DNA of 50,879 nt from Candidatus Thorarchaeota archaeon. Lineage in GTDB: Archaea; Asgardarchaeota; Thorarchaeia; Thorarchaeales; Thorarchaeaceae. Positions within the stretch are counted from its first letter, which is position 1. Each line of letters opens with the position of its first letter. Position numbers and translations under genes: made by a program. Shown here piece after piece: positions 8,776-18,777 of this stretch. Location: the NCBI GenBank assembly GCA_016839605.1, contig JAEOTX010000051.1:1-50879 (forward strand), in the 5' to 3' direction. The notes below the pieces were generated by a model. It saw only the letters and a program-made list of their open reading frames with translations, made no database searches and was not told the DNA's origin.

Positions 8776-10451
8776 TACGACTTCCCTCTCTGCTTCTTGT
8801 GTTCTAGAGCTGCTCTAATAAGGCCCAAGTAGAGAGGGTGTGGGGAGTCAGGACGAGACTTGAACTCCGGATGGAATTGCACTCCTATCCAAAATGGATG
8901 ATTGACCAATTCAATAGCATTGATTATCTCACCAGTAGTGTCATAGGCAGAAACGATTAATCCCTGTTCCTTCATCCTGTTGATGTATCTATCAATAAGA
9001 TGGAATCTATGCCTGAACCTCTCTCTAGTGGTTGTTTTTCCGTAGATTGCGTGAAGCTTTGTTCCCTCTAGAATTGAAATCTCGTGCCCGCCCAGACGCA
9101 TTGTCCCACCCTTATCATCTACAGTCTTTTGCTCTTCCATTAAGTCTATGACAGGATAGAGGCTATCCGCATCTACTTCCGTAGTATGCGCCCCCTTCCA
9201 GTCCATCATTTTCCTCGCAAAAGCCACGGTTCCAAGCTGAGCACCATAGCAGATTCCTAGTAATGGAATCTCAAGATTAAAGGTCAGTGTAGCCGCACAA
9301 ATCATGCCTTCTACGCCACGCTCGCCAAATCCAGGTGTTAGTAGTACTGCATCTACATCATGTAAGTCCTCATGGAGACTTGTTTCATCGCAACGCTCCT
9401 CGGTTTCAATCCATTTAATCATCACGTTAGCATCACAAGCTGCTGCAGCATGATATAGGGCTTCGTTGATACTTTTGTAGGAATCACTTAGTGTGGTATA
9501 CTTCCCAGGCATTGCGATGACAAGACTCTCAGAAGGAGCTTCGAATTTCTTGACCATTTCACGCCATTTCTCAGCGTTAGATGGACGTTCCTCTAATCCT
9601 AGATGGGTAGTTAGAATACTCCCGAGATCTTGGTCCTCAAATGACAAGGGCAGTCGATAGATGACTGGTATATCAGGATTAGAAATGACACGACTCTCGG
9701 GGACGTTGCAGAAGAGGGCAATCTTACTTTCAGCTGAAGCTGGTAGTTCTTTTTCAGCTCGACAAATTATGACGTCTGGTTGGAGACCAAGACCTTGGAG
9801 TGTCCTGACGCTGTGTTGAGTTGGTTTCGTCTTGAACTCTCCAACAGATCCCATATAAGGAACAAGAGTCACATGTACAAGAGCAGCTCTTTCGCGGCCG
9901 ACTTCGCTCACCATCTGCCGAACTGCTTCAAGAAAGGGCATTGCCTCGATATCCCCTGCAGTGCCTCCTATTTCCACTAGTAAAACGTCGGGCTTCTGCT
10001 CTTCCACAACTTTCCAGATTCGTTGTTTTATTCTGTTTGTGACGTGTGGGATTATCTGAACGGTCCTCCCTAGAAAACTCCCTTTTCGTTCTCCTAGAAT
10101 TACTGAGATGTAAATCTGACCTGAAGTGATGTTTTGCGAAGGATGTACTTCCATCCCAGTAAACCGTTCGTATGTGCCAAAATCTAGATCTATCTCTGAA
10201 ATTATGAATTCAAATCCTTCTGCGGGCCGGAAGATCCATGGTTGATCTGTGACAAATACCTCTCCATGCTCAACAGGGTTCAATGTTCCGGGGTCAATGT
10301 TAAGATAGGGATCGATTTTCATTATCCGGATATTATACCCCCGAAATTGGAAGAGCTTGGCAATTGATGCTGTTGTAACACCCTTTCCAATCCCAGAGAG
10401 TACACCCCCTGTTACAAAAACAAAGCGGGTCCGGTCTTGATTCTTGTTCAA
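8775..10451 (-). CDS. pyrG: CTP synthase
   Basis: [44 protein letters not shown]. Confidence 0.98.
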   Translation of the reverse strand: [558 protein letters not shown]

Positions 10452-10578
10452 GAATGATTCCTCATGTTCTTGAATCCGCTATCATCGTATTCTACGGCTC
10501 AAGACTAAGCGTCGCAGTCGCATGATGTCGTATAAATCGTTCGCTAAAGATGTTGATTCTGCGCCTTTCTTGAGTGTC

Positions 10579-11157
10579 CTAAATGGGTTTTGTCAGAACA
10601 CTTGCACGCATTGCATCTCGAAAGAGGTGTTGGAAGGCTTCAAGGATGTTGAGTCCATCCTTGGCAATGCTTCTGAACACAGGGACTGATCGCGGAAGCT
10701 TTAGACGCTCACGTATTTCATCTTCCTGAACAGCCCCAGGAAGGTCCTGTTTGTTGAGGCAGACTATTATCGGCAGGGGTCTCTCCTCCTCTGCTACCAA
10801 TGCTACCAGCTCATTCCAACTTGCCAGATTCTCCTGTAACAGGTGTTCCTGAGAATCAACCATGAATATAACTCCATCAGCACCCACAAGGACCACTTCT
10901 CTTGTCGATCTATAGAAGTCTTGACCAGTTGCTGACCAAACATGTGCGTTAATCTTCCAGCTATCGCCCAATGCGAAGGGAATCGTGCCAAAGTCACAGA
11001 ACATAGTCCGTCCCACAGTGTTCTCAATGGATGTCAGCTTATCTGCATAATCAAGGCTCGAAAAAAGCCAACGTATAGCTGTGGTTTTGCCGCTCATTGC
11101 AGGACCAAAGAATACAATCTTGAGACCGACCGTACGAGTACCATAGTCTATAATCAT
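10579..11157 (-). CDS. MglA-type small GTPase (Ras superfamily)
   Basis: KIVFFGPAMSGKTT (G1), GRTMFCDF (switch I with MglA-type RT), ATGQ (G3 lacking Asp), NKQD (G4), SIA (G5). Start moved to ATG 11157 after GAGGAGTGA. Confidence 0.9.
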   Translation of the reverse strand: MIIDYGTRTVGLKIVFFGPAMSGKTTAIRWLFSSLDYADKLTSIENTVGRTMFCDFGTIPFALGDSWKINAHVWSATGQDFYRSTREVVLVGADGVIFMVDSQEHLLQENLASWNELVALVAEEERPLPIIVCLNKQDLPGAVQEDEIRERLKLPRSVPVFRSIAKDGLNILEAFQHLFRDAMRASVLTKPI

Positions 11158-11176
11158 CCCTTTCTTCACTCCTCGA

Positions 11177-12097
11177 TTACGTTCCCCACATACTGTCAAC
11201 CCATGCCCCAAGGCCTGATAGTGCACCAGACTTCACACAGTCAGAGAAATCTTCGTGCCACTCTGCACGGATGAAACGAATAAGGTCTGTCAAATCACCG
11301 CCTTCCCATCCGATTGCCTCATACAGATTTCTCTCTGTCAAGGCAGTGGATGCGCCAAGTTCCCGAGCTAGACGGATTCTGGAAAGCAGAGTAACTGCTC
11401 TTCTAGCTGCATGCACATAATTGCTTATTTCCTCATCAAACACATCATGCGTGAGCTTTTCGGATTCATCATCAAGTTTCAGGACTGCATTTACAATGCT
11501 ATTTGATACATTGACTCCACGAAGTGATTTTCTTAGGAGTCGACGGATTCTTTCAAGTGATTGCCGTTTTCTTGTCAGGATTTTACTTACTATCTTCTTC
11601 TCCACTTCCAGACTGCTACTACATGGCTCTATGAGAGAGAAATTCATGGCTGAGGGAGAATCCACGCTTAAAATGCCGCAATTGCTGGAATTCTGTAGTA
11701 CTCGATGAATCACTGTCTGCATCATCTCTTCATCTACATGGATTCCCAATACACTAGCTCCAATAGGGATTGCAAGAAGCCACCCAGGAAATCTGGTTAT
11801 ACGTTCCAGAGCCAAGCGCAGGTTTGATGAAAGCCCACAGACAATGGTTCTGCTAACTTCGTAGTTGTGCTTCTCTTCCTCCCAAACTGAAAGAAGCTCA
11901 CTTTCGGATGTGAAATCACGCCAGAACACAAGCTTGTGGTGGTGGGGGCATAGCATGGTGAGGCTTTCAGTGATATCATCTACCAGTTCAACATCTTGAC
12001 CAGTGACCAAGATAGGAAGACGATTCATTACGGAATTAAGTAGAAGCGGAAAGTCGTCCCCCATTAGCTCAATCATTCGCATTATAGAATAAGTCAT
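11177..12097 (-). CDS. Hypothetical protein, candidate DENN (folliculin C-terminal-like) fold
   Basis: N-terminus SIMRMIELMGDDFPLLLNSVMNRLPILVTGQDVELVDDITESLTMLCP resembles the cDENN core; ATGA overlap with the Roadblock gene. Confidence 0.55.
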   Translation of the reverse strand: MTYSIMRMIELMGDDFPLLLNSVMNRLPILVTGQDVELVDDITESLTMLCPHHHKLVFWRDFTSESELLSVWEEEKHNYEVSRTIVCGLSSNLRLALERITRFPGWLLAIPIGASVLGIHVDEEMMQTVIHRVLQNSSNCGILSVDSPSAMNFSLIEPCSSSLEVEKKIVSKILTRKRQSLERIRRLLRKSLRGVNVSNSIVNAVLKLDDESEKLTHDVFDEEISNYVHAARRAVTLLSRIRLARELGASTALTERNLYEAIGWEGGDLTDLIRFIRAEWHEDFSDCVKSGALSGLGAWVDSMWGT

Positions 12098-13041
12098 GGA
12101 TCTCGCCTCGCTAAAACAACTCCATTGTCAGTCCCTCCAGCCAAAAGCAGTTCCCTCAGATCATCTGGAACTGAGGGGCGCATCACTTCAGCAGTACCGA
12201 GAACCCTCTTGATTTCCCCGATATAGTGCTTGAGTAAAAGCCGCATGAGACCAAGTTTCTGACCGCCACGATTTACCCATAGACTGAACACCCCATTGGG
12301 CACTGCATAGATGAAGTGTCGGATTGGACCAGCTTCGCAGAGTACAGTTTGAAGGGAGCTATTTCGCAGCGTTCGAACCACGCGTTCTGAGGCATCATGA
12401 AGAGCAAATGACATTGCAGCAAGTCTGTCATTGGTGAACCCCTCTAGAGAAACACGAACGCCACCACTGAGGGAAAGAAAGACAGAGTCGATATCAGGGA
12501 TGCTATCATGGACCTGTCGCATTAGTGCTCTCAGTGTAAGAGCTTGAGACCGATCAAGTGAGATGATTGACCGTGATGTGGTATAGGATGTGTCATGTCC
12601 TTCAGCCACAGCAAACCCACTAAGAACACGATGGGTTTCGTCATTGCTGTAGGAACGTAGTGGAGGGAGCCTACCATCCACATGTTGACGCAGCAAGAAT
12701 GAAACACGGGAGAGGTTATCTTTCATCTCTATGAATAGCGCCGCAAGATTCACTCTGGGTGCTGTTGTAACCGTCAGGAAGTAGTCAGGATCATTTGGAA
12801 GCGATGCAAGAAAGACCTTGGAGGTCTCGGACTCCATGAGGAGATACTTGAATTCACCATGAATAAGACGTGCAACTCCATATATTGCACATGTTGATGA
12901 TGCAACCGCGAATACCTCTTCCCTGCTGAACCAGACCCCTGCACTAGCAACAGGGAGTCCATCCTTCTGAATCAGGACTACATTTTCAACGCCGGCTATC
13001 ATTTTGATATTTTGCAGCGTTTCGGTTAGCTCGTCAGTCAA
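12094..13041 (-). CDS. Tandem (double) Roadblock/LC7 (MglB-like) domain protein
   Basis: Two repeats of the Roadblock pattern: GVENVVLIQKDGLPVAS...NLAALFIEMK and DIDSVFLSLSGGVRVS...KLGLMRLLLK. Confidence 0.85.
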   Translation of the reverse strand: MTDELTETLQNIKMIAGVENVVLIQKDGLPVASAGVWFSREEVFAVASSTCAIYGVARLIHGEFKYLLMESETSKVFLASLPNDPDYFLTVTTAPRVNLAALFIEMKDNLSRVSFLLRQHVDGRLPPLRSYSNDETHRVLSGFAVAEGHDTSYTTSRSIISLDRSQALTLRALMRQVHDSIPDIDSVFLSLSGGVRVSLEGFTNDRLAAMSFALHDASERVVRTLRNSSLQTVLCEAGPIRHFIYAVPNGVFSLWVNRGGQKLGLMRLLLKHYIGEIKRVLGTAEVMRPSVPDDLRELLLAGGTDNGVVLARRDP

Positions 13042-13157
13042 TCGCTCAGCTCCGGACCTAGAAGATGGTCCAATGTAGAATCTCGGAGGTCACTATATAA
13101 CCACCACACAGACTGTCTTCTTCATGGTGTGGTTTTGAGCGAAGCTTTAGCTAATAG

Positions 13158-14453
13158 TTACATGTGAATTAGCGCAGCATCTGGGACCTCTTGAAAAACT
13201 TCACGTGCGGCCTTACCGACTTTCTTACGATTACGATCAAATGTGTACACGCGGATGACATCAAGGTATACCTTCATCATCTCTGCAATGTTTGAATATT
13301 CTGAGAGATTATGAGAGACTTTCTTACCATCAATCATCTCGAAGATTCGTATCTCCATAGGATTGAGCTGATGGGGATTGTAAGGAACTGATGGAAGAGT
13401 AGGTACATCAACAATCACTTCGTCAGCTGGTACGCCCGCTAATGCCGCAATCTCATCTTGAATGCTCTCTCTAACTCTTCGTTTGGTGAGGATTTTGGAA
13501 ACAAAGCGGTCTTCGGTGTGTAGGACTTTTTCGAATACTGACTTGTACAAAATACGCGAGTCTAGCATGTTTACCATTGTGACCGCCTCCTTGGCATCAT
13601 CAGATTCGGAGGGGTCAATTTTCCTGATTCGTGATATCAATGACATATCATCTAGTTTCAGAAACTCCTCAGGAGTTGAAAAGCTTGTCAATCCTAAAAC
13701 ACTGTCTGCAGCATTCATCAGCTTTACCAACATTACCTCAACACTACGAACTGTCTTGTGGTAATAGACATTGAGAAACATCTCGTATCGTGCAACAAGG
13801 AATGCTTCTAGTGCGCCTCGAGCTGCAATGTCAAACTCAAGTGTCAAATCATCAGAAACCTCTAGACTATTGATGAGTCGATGAATATCAACAAGACCAT
13901 AATTGACACCACAATAGAATGAATCCCGGATAAGGTAGTCCATCTTATCAGCATCGACTTGACCAGCAACAATGGAACTAACAACCGAATCATTCTTGGT
14001 TTCGCGTCTTCCGCGAACCAGGTTGGCTATTCGGTTCTTGGATATTCCGTTATCCTCGAGCAGGTCTCCAACTTCGCTCTCACGGATAATCCACTCAGTC
14101 ACGTCTTCGTGATTCCATCCTCTTCGTTCGATCAGTGACTCTTCAAACACATGGCTGAAAGGGCCATGACCCATGTCATGAAGGAGACCTGAGATTCGTA
14201 CCTCTTGAAGGGTCTTCTCACCAAGATTCATTGGTCCAAGTAGCTTCTTTCCGATCAGACCTGCCAGAAACATAGCTCCAATGCAGTGTCCGAAACGGCT
14301 GTGCTCAGCGGCTGGATATACAAAATGGCCACCAGAGAGTTGTTTTATCCGTCTGAGCCGTTGATAAGGCTTAGAGTTAATGACTTTGGACTCAAGTTCT
14401 GTGAGCCCGATAAAACCGTGAATGGGATCGTTCAGCTCCATTATGAAATCCAT
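13158..14453 (-). CDS. HD-domain phosphohydrolase (SAMHD1/dNTPase-like family)
   Basis: DPIHG, QRLRRIKQL, HSRFGH, LLHDMGHGPFSH, DADKMDYLIRD, VYYHKT. Confidence 0.92.
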   Translation of the reverse strand: MDFIMELNDPIHGFIGLTELESKVINSKPYQRLRRIKQLSGGHFVYPAAEHSRFGHCIGAMFLAGLIGKKLLGPMNLGEKTLQEVRISGLLHDMGHGPFSHVFEESLIERRGWNHEDVTEWIIRESEVGDLLEDNGISKNRIANLVRGRRETKNDSVVSSIVAGQVDADKMDYLIRDSFYCGVNYGLVDIHRLINSLEVSDDLTLEFDIAARGALEAFLVARYEMFLNVYYHKTVRSVEVMLVKLMNAADSVLGLTSFSTPEEFLKLDDMSLISRIRKIDPSESDDAKEAVTMVNMLDSRILYKSVFEKVLHTEDRFVSKILTKRRVRESIQDEIAALAGVPADEVIVDVPTLPSVPYNPHQLNPMEIRIFEMIDGKKVSHNLSEYSNIAEMMKVYLDVIRVYTFDRNRKKVGKAAREVFQEVPDAALIHM

Positions 14454-14470
14454 AAGAGTCCCTCTGTGGT

Positions 14471-15211
14471 CTACATCTGCGGGTTGAATGACCTCAGTTC
14501 TCGAATTAATTCTTCGGAGGCTAGGTCTGAAACGCAGAGAGGTAGGTGAATACTATCCGCAATTTTGACAGCAAGTGGATCAAGCTCCTTAACTCCTTGT
14601 AATATCACAGCGGCTGGCTTGACCGCAGCAGAAGTTCCAATCTGACTCGCTTTTATTGCAACCATGGGAGAACGCCCAGTGGATACATTTGTGAGAATCG
14701 CCGCTCTTTGAGTGGTTCCCCCATAGAGTCGAAGAAGCTGTTGTGGTGTCAAACTGACAATGGCCTTTACACTGTCTAGTGCTGTGTAGCCGTAGATGTC
14801 GCGATCTAGTAGGTTACTATGTGTGAGAATTTTACATTCAAGCCGATCTACAAGAAGACGAGCTGGCACAGGTAGCCCAAACTCCCTACTATCAAGGATT
14901 GCGTCAGATGCTATTTCTGGAGCTAAGAGTTTCTCAAGTGCCATTGCAACCCTTCCCCCATTAACGGCGTCCATCTCGATGAGACCTTCAACGAATCGTT
15001 TTATGGTTTCAACTCGAGGTGATTTCCTTCTGCCACTTTCATAATCACTGATTACAGATGGTGATACACCGAGATGTTTTGCTAGGTGTTTCTGTGATAT
15101 TTGAAAGCGCTCACGCCAGCGTTTCATTATAGCTCCAGGATCATTTTCTGCGAGGCATATCTCTCCTGCCATGGCCTCTGCTAGCCTATGGAGTGCCTCA
15201 CTTCCTTCCAT
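14471..15211 (-). CDS. XRE-family HTH transcriptional regulator, conserved archaeal type
   Basis: AGEI, KRWRERFQISQ..LA..LGVSPSVISDYESGRRKSP; VSTGRSPMVAIK. Confidence 0.88.
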   Translation of the reverse strand: MEGSEALHRLAEAMAGEICLAENDPGAIMKRWRERFQISQKHLAKHLGVSPSVISDYESGRRKSPRVETIKRFVEGLIEMDAVNGGRVAMALEKLLAPEIASDAILDSREFGLPVPARLLVDRLECKILTHSNLLDRDIYGYTALDSVKAIVSLTPQQLLRLYGGTTQRAAILTNVSTGRSPMVAIKASQIGTSAAVKPAAVILQGVKELDPLAVKIADSIHLPLCVSDLASEELIRELRSFNPQM

Positions 15212-15330
15212 AGCATGACTTCAGAAGGGCGTTTCTGATAAAGATTTGCGAAGTAGTTAATCTCCTATTTCTTATGCGTCACCGAAGGACTCAAAGAGAG
15301 CTCGTTGCTCAAAGCGGTTTGGTTGAAGCT

Positions 15331-16095
15331 ATGTTCTTCGTATTCTTAGTTGGTACTGCCGGATCAGGAAAATCGCTTCTTACTTCATCCCTTGAAAAAT
15401 GGCTTGTAGAAGCAGAAGCAAGCGTCACTGTCGTAAATCTTGATCCTGGGGTCGAGGATCCACCCTACACAAGTGATGTAGATGTCCGTGAATATGTGAA
15501 CTATGGCGAAGTGATGCAACAATTTGGTCTAGGCCCAAATGGTGCTCTTGTTGCTTCCCTGGACATGGCTATAGGCCACGTGGGTGATTTACGAGACGAG
15601 ATATTCGAGTTTGATCGTGATTATGTCCTGGTTGACTGTCCAGGACAGATGGAGCTTTTTGCCTATCGAAACTCCGGACCTCTAATAGTATCAAGCCTCA
15701 TGGGTCAAGATCCCGCTGTTTCACTCTATCTGCTTGATTCGAATATAGCTCGTACACCAGTTGGATATCTTTCTTCAATGCTCCTTGGTATCTCGATAAG
15801 CATTCGTTTCGGCCTTCCACAAATCGGGGTTCTAAGCAAACCTGATATCCTTATGGAGGAGCAAATAGAAGAGATACTATCATGGTCAACTGAAAGCTAC
15901 CTTTTGGAAGAGGCACTTGATGATAGCTCCAGTGGTCTTGTTCGGGAATATTCCAGTGCTATTCTTCGGATGCTTGATGATATCGGCGGGGGTAGTGCTG
16001 TGGTTCCAGTGTCAGCAAAGCTCATGGAAGGGATTGATATTCTATATGGGGAACTTCAACGGGCATTCCTAGGCGGAGATAATCTAATAGTATGA
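15331..16095 (+). CDS. GPN-loop GTPase
   Basis: GTAGSGKS, NLDPG, GLGPNGAL, DCPGQMELF. Confidence 0.95.
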   Translation: MFFVFLVGTAGSGKSLLTSSLEKWLVEAEASVTVVNLDPGVEDPPYTSDVDVREYVNYGEVMQQFGLGPNGALVASLDMAIGHVGDLRDEIFEFDRDYVLVDCPGQMELFAYRNSGPLIVSSLMGQDPAVSLYLLDSNIARTPVGYLSSMLLGISISIRFGLPQIGVLSKPDILMEEQIEEILSWSTESYLLEEALDDSSSGLVREYSSAILRMLDDIGGGSAVVPVSAKLMEGIDILYGELQRAFLGGDNLIV

Positions 16096-16108
16096 GCAGG
16101 GGTTCAAA

Positions 16109-17140
16109 TTGCATACCTTCTTTGTGACTATCTCGGGGGAGAATATCAACCTCGCCAAGGCCGAGATTGATTCATTGATCGGTCTAGCAGAAACTGACGC
16201 CAAAGTTACGTGGCTTGGACAGCTGGCCTATATTGAGTCAACCTATGATTTGACACATTTTCTGTTGGATAGAGCTGCTATGACAAAAGAAGCAGGAGTA
16301 GTAATTGGCCAAGGGCCATTGTCTGATACTTCCATGGAATGGCTGTCAGACGATGTGTTGATGACCTGTGTAAAACCAACAGAAACATTCTCAGTAAGGA
16401 CCAAATCCTTAGCAGCAGGAAGACGTGTAGAACAGAGAGAAAGATTGAGTGTATTGCTGGGGGCACGAATCAGAAACCTGACAAATGCAAGAGTATCATT
16501 AGACAAACCAGACGTCAAAGTACTTGTCATAATGACTGCTGATAGAACGTTAGTTTGTATCTCCAATGAGTCGAGGTTGAGGCAGGAACTAAGACTTAGA
16601 GAACCAGGACGGAGACCCTTCTTCCATCCATCAATGATGAATTCCCAATTGGCGAGAGTTATTTGCAATCTTGCCGGAGTACGATCCAAAGCAACTGTAC
16701 TTGATCCATTCTGTGGTAGCGGTGGTATTTTGTGCGAGGCAGCCACACTAGGCGCCAAGGTACTAGGATGGGACCTTAGCTGGCGTCTGCTTATGGGTGC
16801 GAGGAAGAATCTTACGGAATCATTGGACAGAGAAACATCCGTGATTCAAGCTGATTCGCGTTGGCCCCCTTTACAGGCAAAGCAAGTTGACTGCATAACT
16901 ACCGATCCTCCATATGGTAGGACTAGTTCAACTCGAGGTGCAAAAGCGATAAAACTAGTCCTGACTTTCTTAGAGTCTATTCCTGAAATTGTCAGAGAGG
17001 AAGGGCGTCTATGTATCTGTGGAAGTCACGAAATGAGAATAAAAGAAATGATGCAGGACTTGGGATTCGCTATCAAGTATCATATTCTCGTGCCAGTGCA
17101 TAGAGGTCTCACACGAGAAGTCACAGCAGCACAGTTCTAA
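16109..17140 (+). CDS. tRNA (guanine-10,N2)-methyltransferase Trm11/TrmG10 (THUMP + Rossmann MTase)
   Basis: THUMP region; RPFFHPSMM, LDPFCGSGGIL, TDPPYGR. Confidence 0.9.
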   Translation: MHTFFVTISGENINLAKAEIDSLIGLAETDAKVTWLGQLAYIESTYDLTHFLLDRAAMTKEAGVVIGQGPLSDTSMEWLSDDVLMTCVKPTETFSVRTKSLAAGRRVEQRERLSVLLGARIRNLTNARVSLDKPDVKVLVIMTADRTLVCISNESRLRQELRLREPGRRPFFHPSMMNSQLARVICNLAGVRSKATVLDPFCGSGGILCEAATLGAKVLGWDLSWRLLMGARKNLTESLDRETSVIQADSRWPPLQAKQVDCITTDPPYGRTSSTRGAKAIKLVLTFLESIPEIVREEGRLCICGSHEMRIKEMMQDLGFAIKYHILVPVHRGLTREVTAAQF

Positions 17141-17556
17141 TTGCTAACAACCCTTCCATCCTTCGTAGGGGGTACGAACCAGATAAGGAACCTGTTGAAA
17201 TCATCCTCATCCTCAAATGTAAGCACTAGCTCAATGTATCCCAATGGGGGGTCTTCTTCAGTTTCGTCGACAAGTCGCATCTTTCCATAATATGCTGCCT
17301 GCTTGTCAAAGAATACGGATGTCTTGGTACCATCCCAGTTTGACAGCACTCGTTTCCTGACAGCATCAATAATACGTAGACTGTGAATGTATTGTTGGAT
17401 GTAATCAAGAGAACCTCGTTTAGCTGACCTGAGCATTAGATAGCCATCCTCAGTTTTTTGGCAAGACCTATCCGAAACAAAAAGCTTGGTGAGTGCAGAA
17501 CAGACGCGTTCTGTGTCCTCAGTGGGGTAGATCGGACATCTAACAACTGCATCCAT
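17137..17556 (-). CDS. UPF0201/DUF54 RNA-binding-like protein
   Basis: PIYPTED..RV..AL, I.DAVR, DKQAAYYG, PPLGYI, PPTKDG. Confidence 0.85.
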   Translation of the reverse strand: MDAVVRCPIYPTEDTERVCSALTKLFVSDRSCQKTEDGYLMLRSAKRGSLDYIQQYIHSLRIIDAVRKRVLSNWDGTKTSVFFDKQAAYYGKMRLVDETEEDPPLGYIELVLTFEDEDDFNRFLIWFVPPTKDGRVVSN

Positions 17557-18096
17557 TTACGTAAACCTCTGAACAAGTTTTCCAGACTCGTTCTGCAGCT
17601 CTTCTATGGTTCCTTCATTAACCACGACAATATCACTTAGAGCAATTACTGCTCCTAGGCCGACAGATACCTCACGAAGGTCTCTTTCTCTGAATGTGAC
17701 CCAGTCTTGTGGGTCATCCTTTCGACCACGTTGTTGTAGGCGTGAGAAACGTGCTTTTGGTGAAGAATGCACACAAACTATGCATACTTCATCTGCATAG
17801 TCATCAAACACATCCACCTCGGCGAGGCTTCTACATCCCTCAATCACAACTACTTCAGAATCAGAGTTTTTCAGACTTTCCACGCAGTGCTTAGCAACAG
17901 CACCTGGACCATCCCGCTCGCGAAGCTCCAACATGACATGTTTGTTGTTCTTAGGATTAACATCCATGCCGCGTCGTTTCACTTCATTACGAATGACATC
18001 ACCCATGACAATGACTGGAAGACCAGCCACATGAAACGCCTCTGCAACTGTACTTTTGCCGCCACCGGGCATTCCAGTTAGTATTACGAGCTTCAT
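17557..18096 (-). CDS. P-loop nucleotide kinase (UPF0200/dephospho-CoA kinase-like)
   Basis: LTGMPGGGKST, MGDVIR, EGCRS, RGRKDD, RDLRE..VG, VVNEG. Confidence 0.85.
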   Translation of the reverse strand: MKLVILTGMPGGGKSTVAEAFHVAGLPVIVMGDVIRNEVKRRGMDVNPKNNKHVMLELRERDGPGAVAKHCVESLKNSDSEVVVIEGCRSLAEVDVFDDYADEVCIVCVHSSPKARFSRLQQRGRKDDPQDWVTFRERDLREVSVGLGAVIALSDIVVVNEGTIEELQNESGKLVQRFT

Positions 18097-18203
18097 GGTC
18101 AGATTCCCTTGGTTGCGAACTTGAACTCCACTTTACCCTTGCGGTCGTCAGTCTAATATGGTGCTATGTAACCTTCACTATTCCAGATGAATGAGGTGAA
18201 ATC

Positions 18204-18767
18204 GTGTCTTCGACTAGTAGGGTATTCCTTAGTGTTGACATTGAAAACGACGAGCTTCTCTCTAGGATTGCTCACATTCAGTCAAAACTAGATAGGCAAT
18301 CAGCAAAGATGAAGATAATTGAACGAGAGAATATCCATTTCACATTGAGGTTTCTTGGTGACACACCAAATGCAAAGCTAGAGAAGATAAGAGAGAGTCT
18401 TTCAGGAGTCCGGTTCAACCAGTTCATAATCCGGATTAATGGTGTCGGCGCTTTCCCGAGTGCCAATCGTCCGAGAGTGATATGGATAGGGGTAACTGAG
18501 AATGCAGACAAGCTTACCAGCTTGAAACTGGAAATAGACGATCTCCTTGGAAATCTGGCATATTCGCGTGACAGGAAGTTCCATGCTCACGCCACAATTG
18601 CACGAGTCAGGGCAGTACGGGATCGTAGTTTGACAGCAAAGAATATTGAGAATCTAGCCAGTGAAACAGTAGGAACAATGTCAGTTGACTGTTTTAGGAT
18701 GACTAAGAGTACACTAACCGCTTCGGGACCAATCTATGAAACTCTATGGGAAGTGAGAGCTTCCTGA
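18204..18767 (+). CDS. thpR: RNA 2',3'-cyclic phosphodiesterase / 2'-5' RNA ligase (2H family)
   Basis: Two HxT motifs (HFTLRFLG, HATIAR); GAFP...PRVIW; STLT..GPIY. Confidence 0.93.
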   Translation: MSSTSRVFLSVDIENDELLSRIAHIQSKLDRQSAKMKIIERENIHFTLRFLGDTPNAKLEKIRESLSGVRFNQFIIRINGVGAFPSANRPRVIWIGVTENADKLTSLKLEIDDLLGNLAYSRDRKFHAHATIARVRAVRDRSLTAKNIENLASETVGTMSVDCFRMTKSTLTASGPIYETLWEVRAS

Positions 18768-18777
18768 TAAGGAATGA

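Noticed and set aside
15274-15330. Longer N-terminal extensions in the ORF track (GPN 15274, GTPase 11226, pilin 36525, NTase 47706, wHTH 49198)
   Set aside because: They overlap neighbours or promoters; downstream starts fit domain boundaries and ribosome-binding sites better
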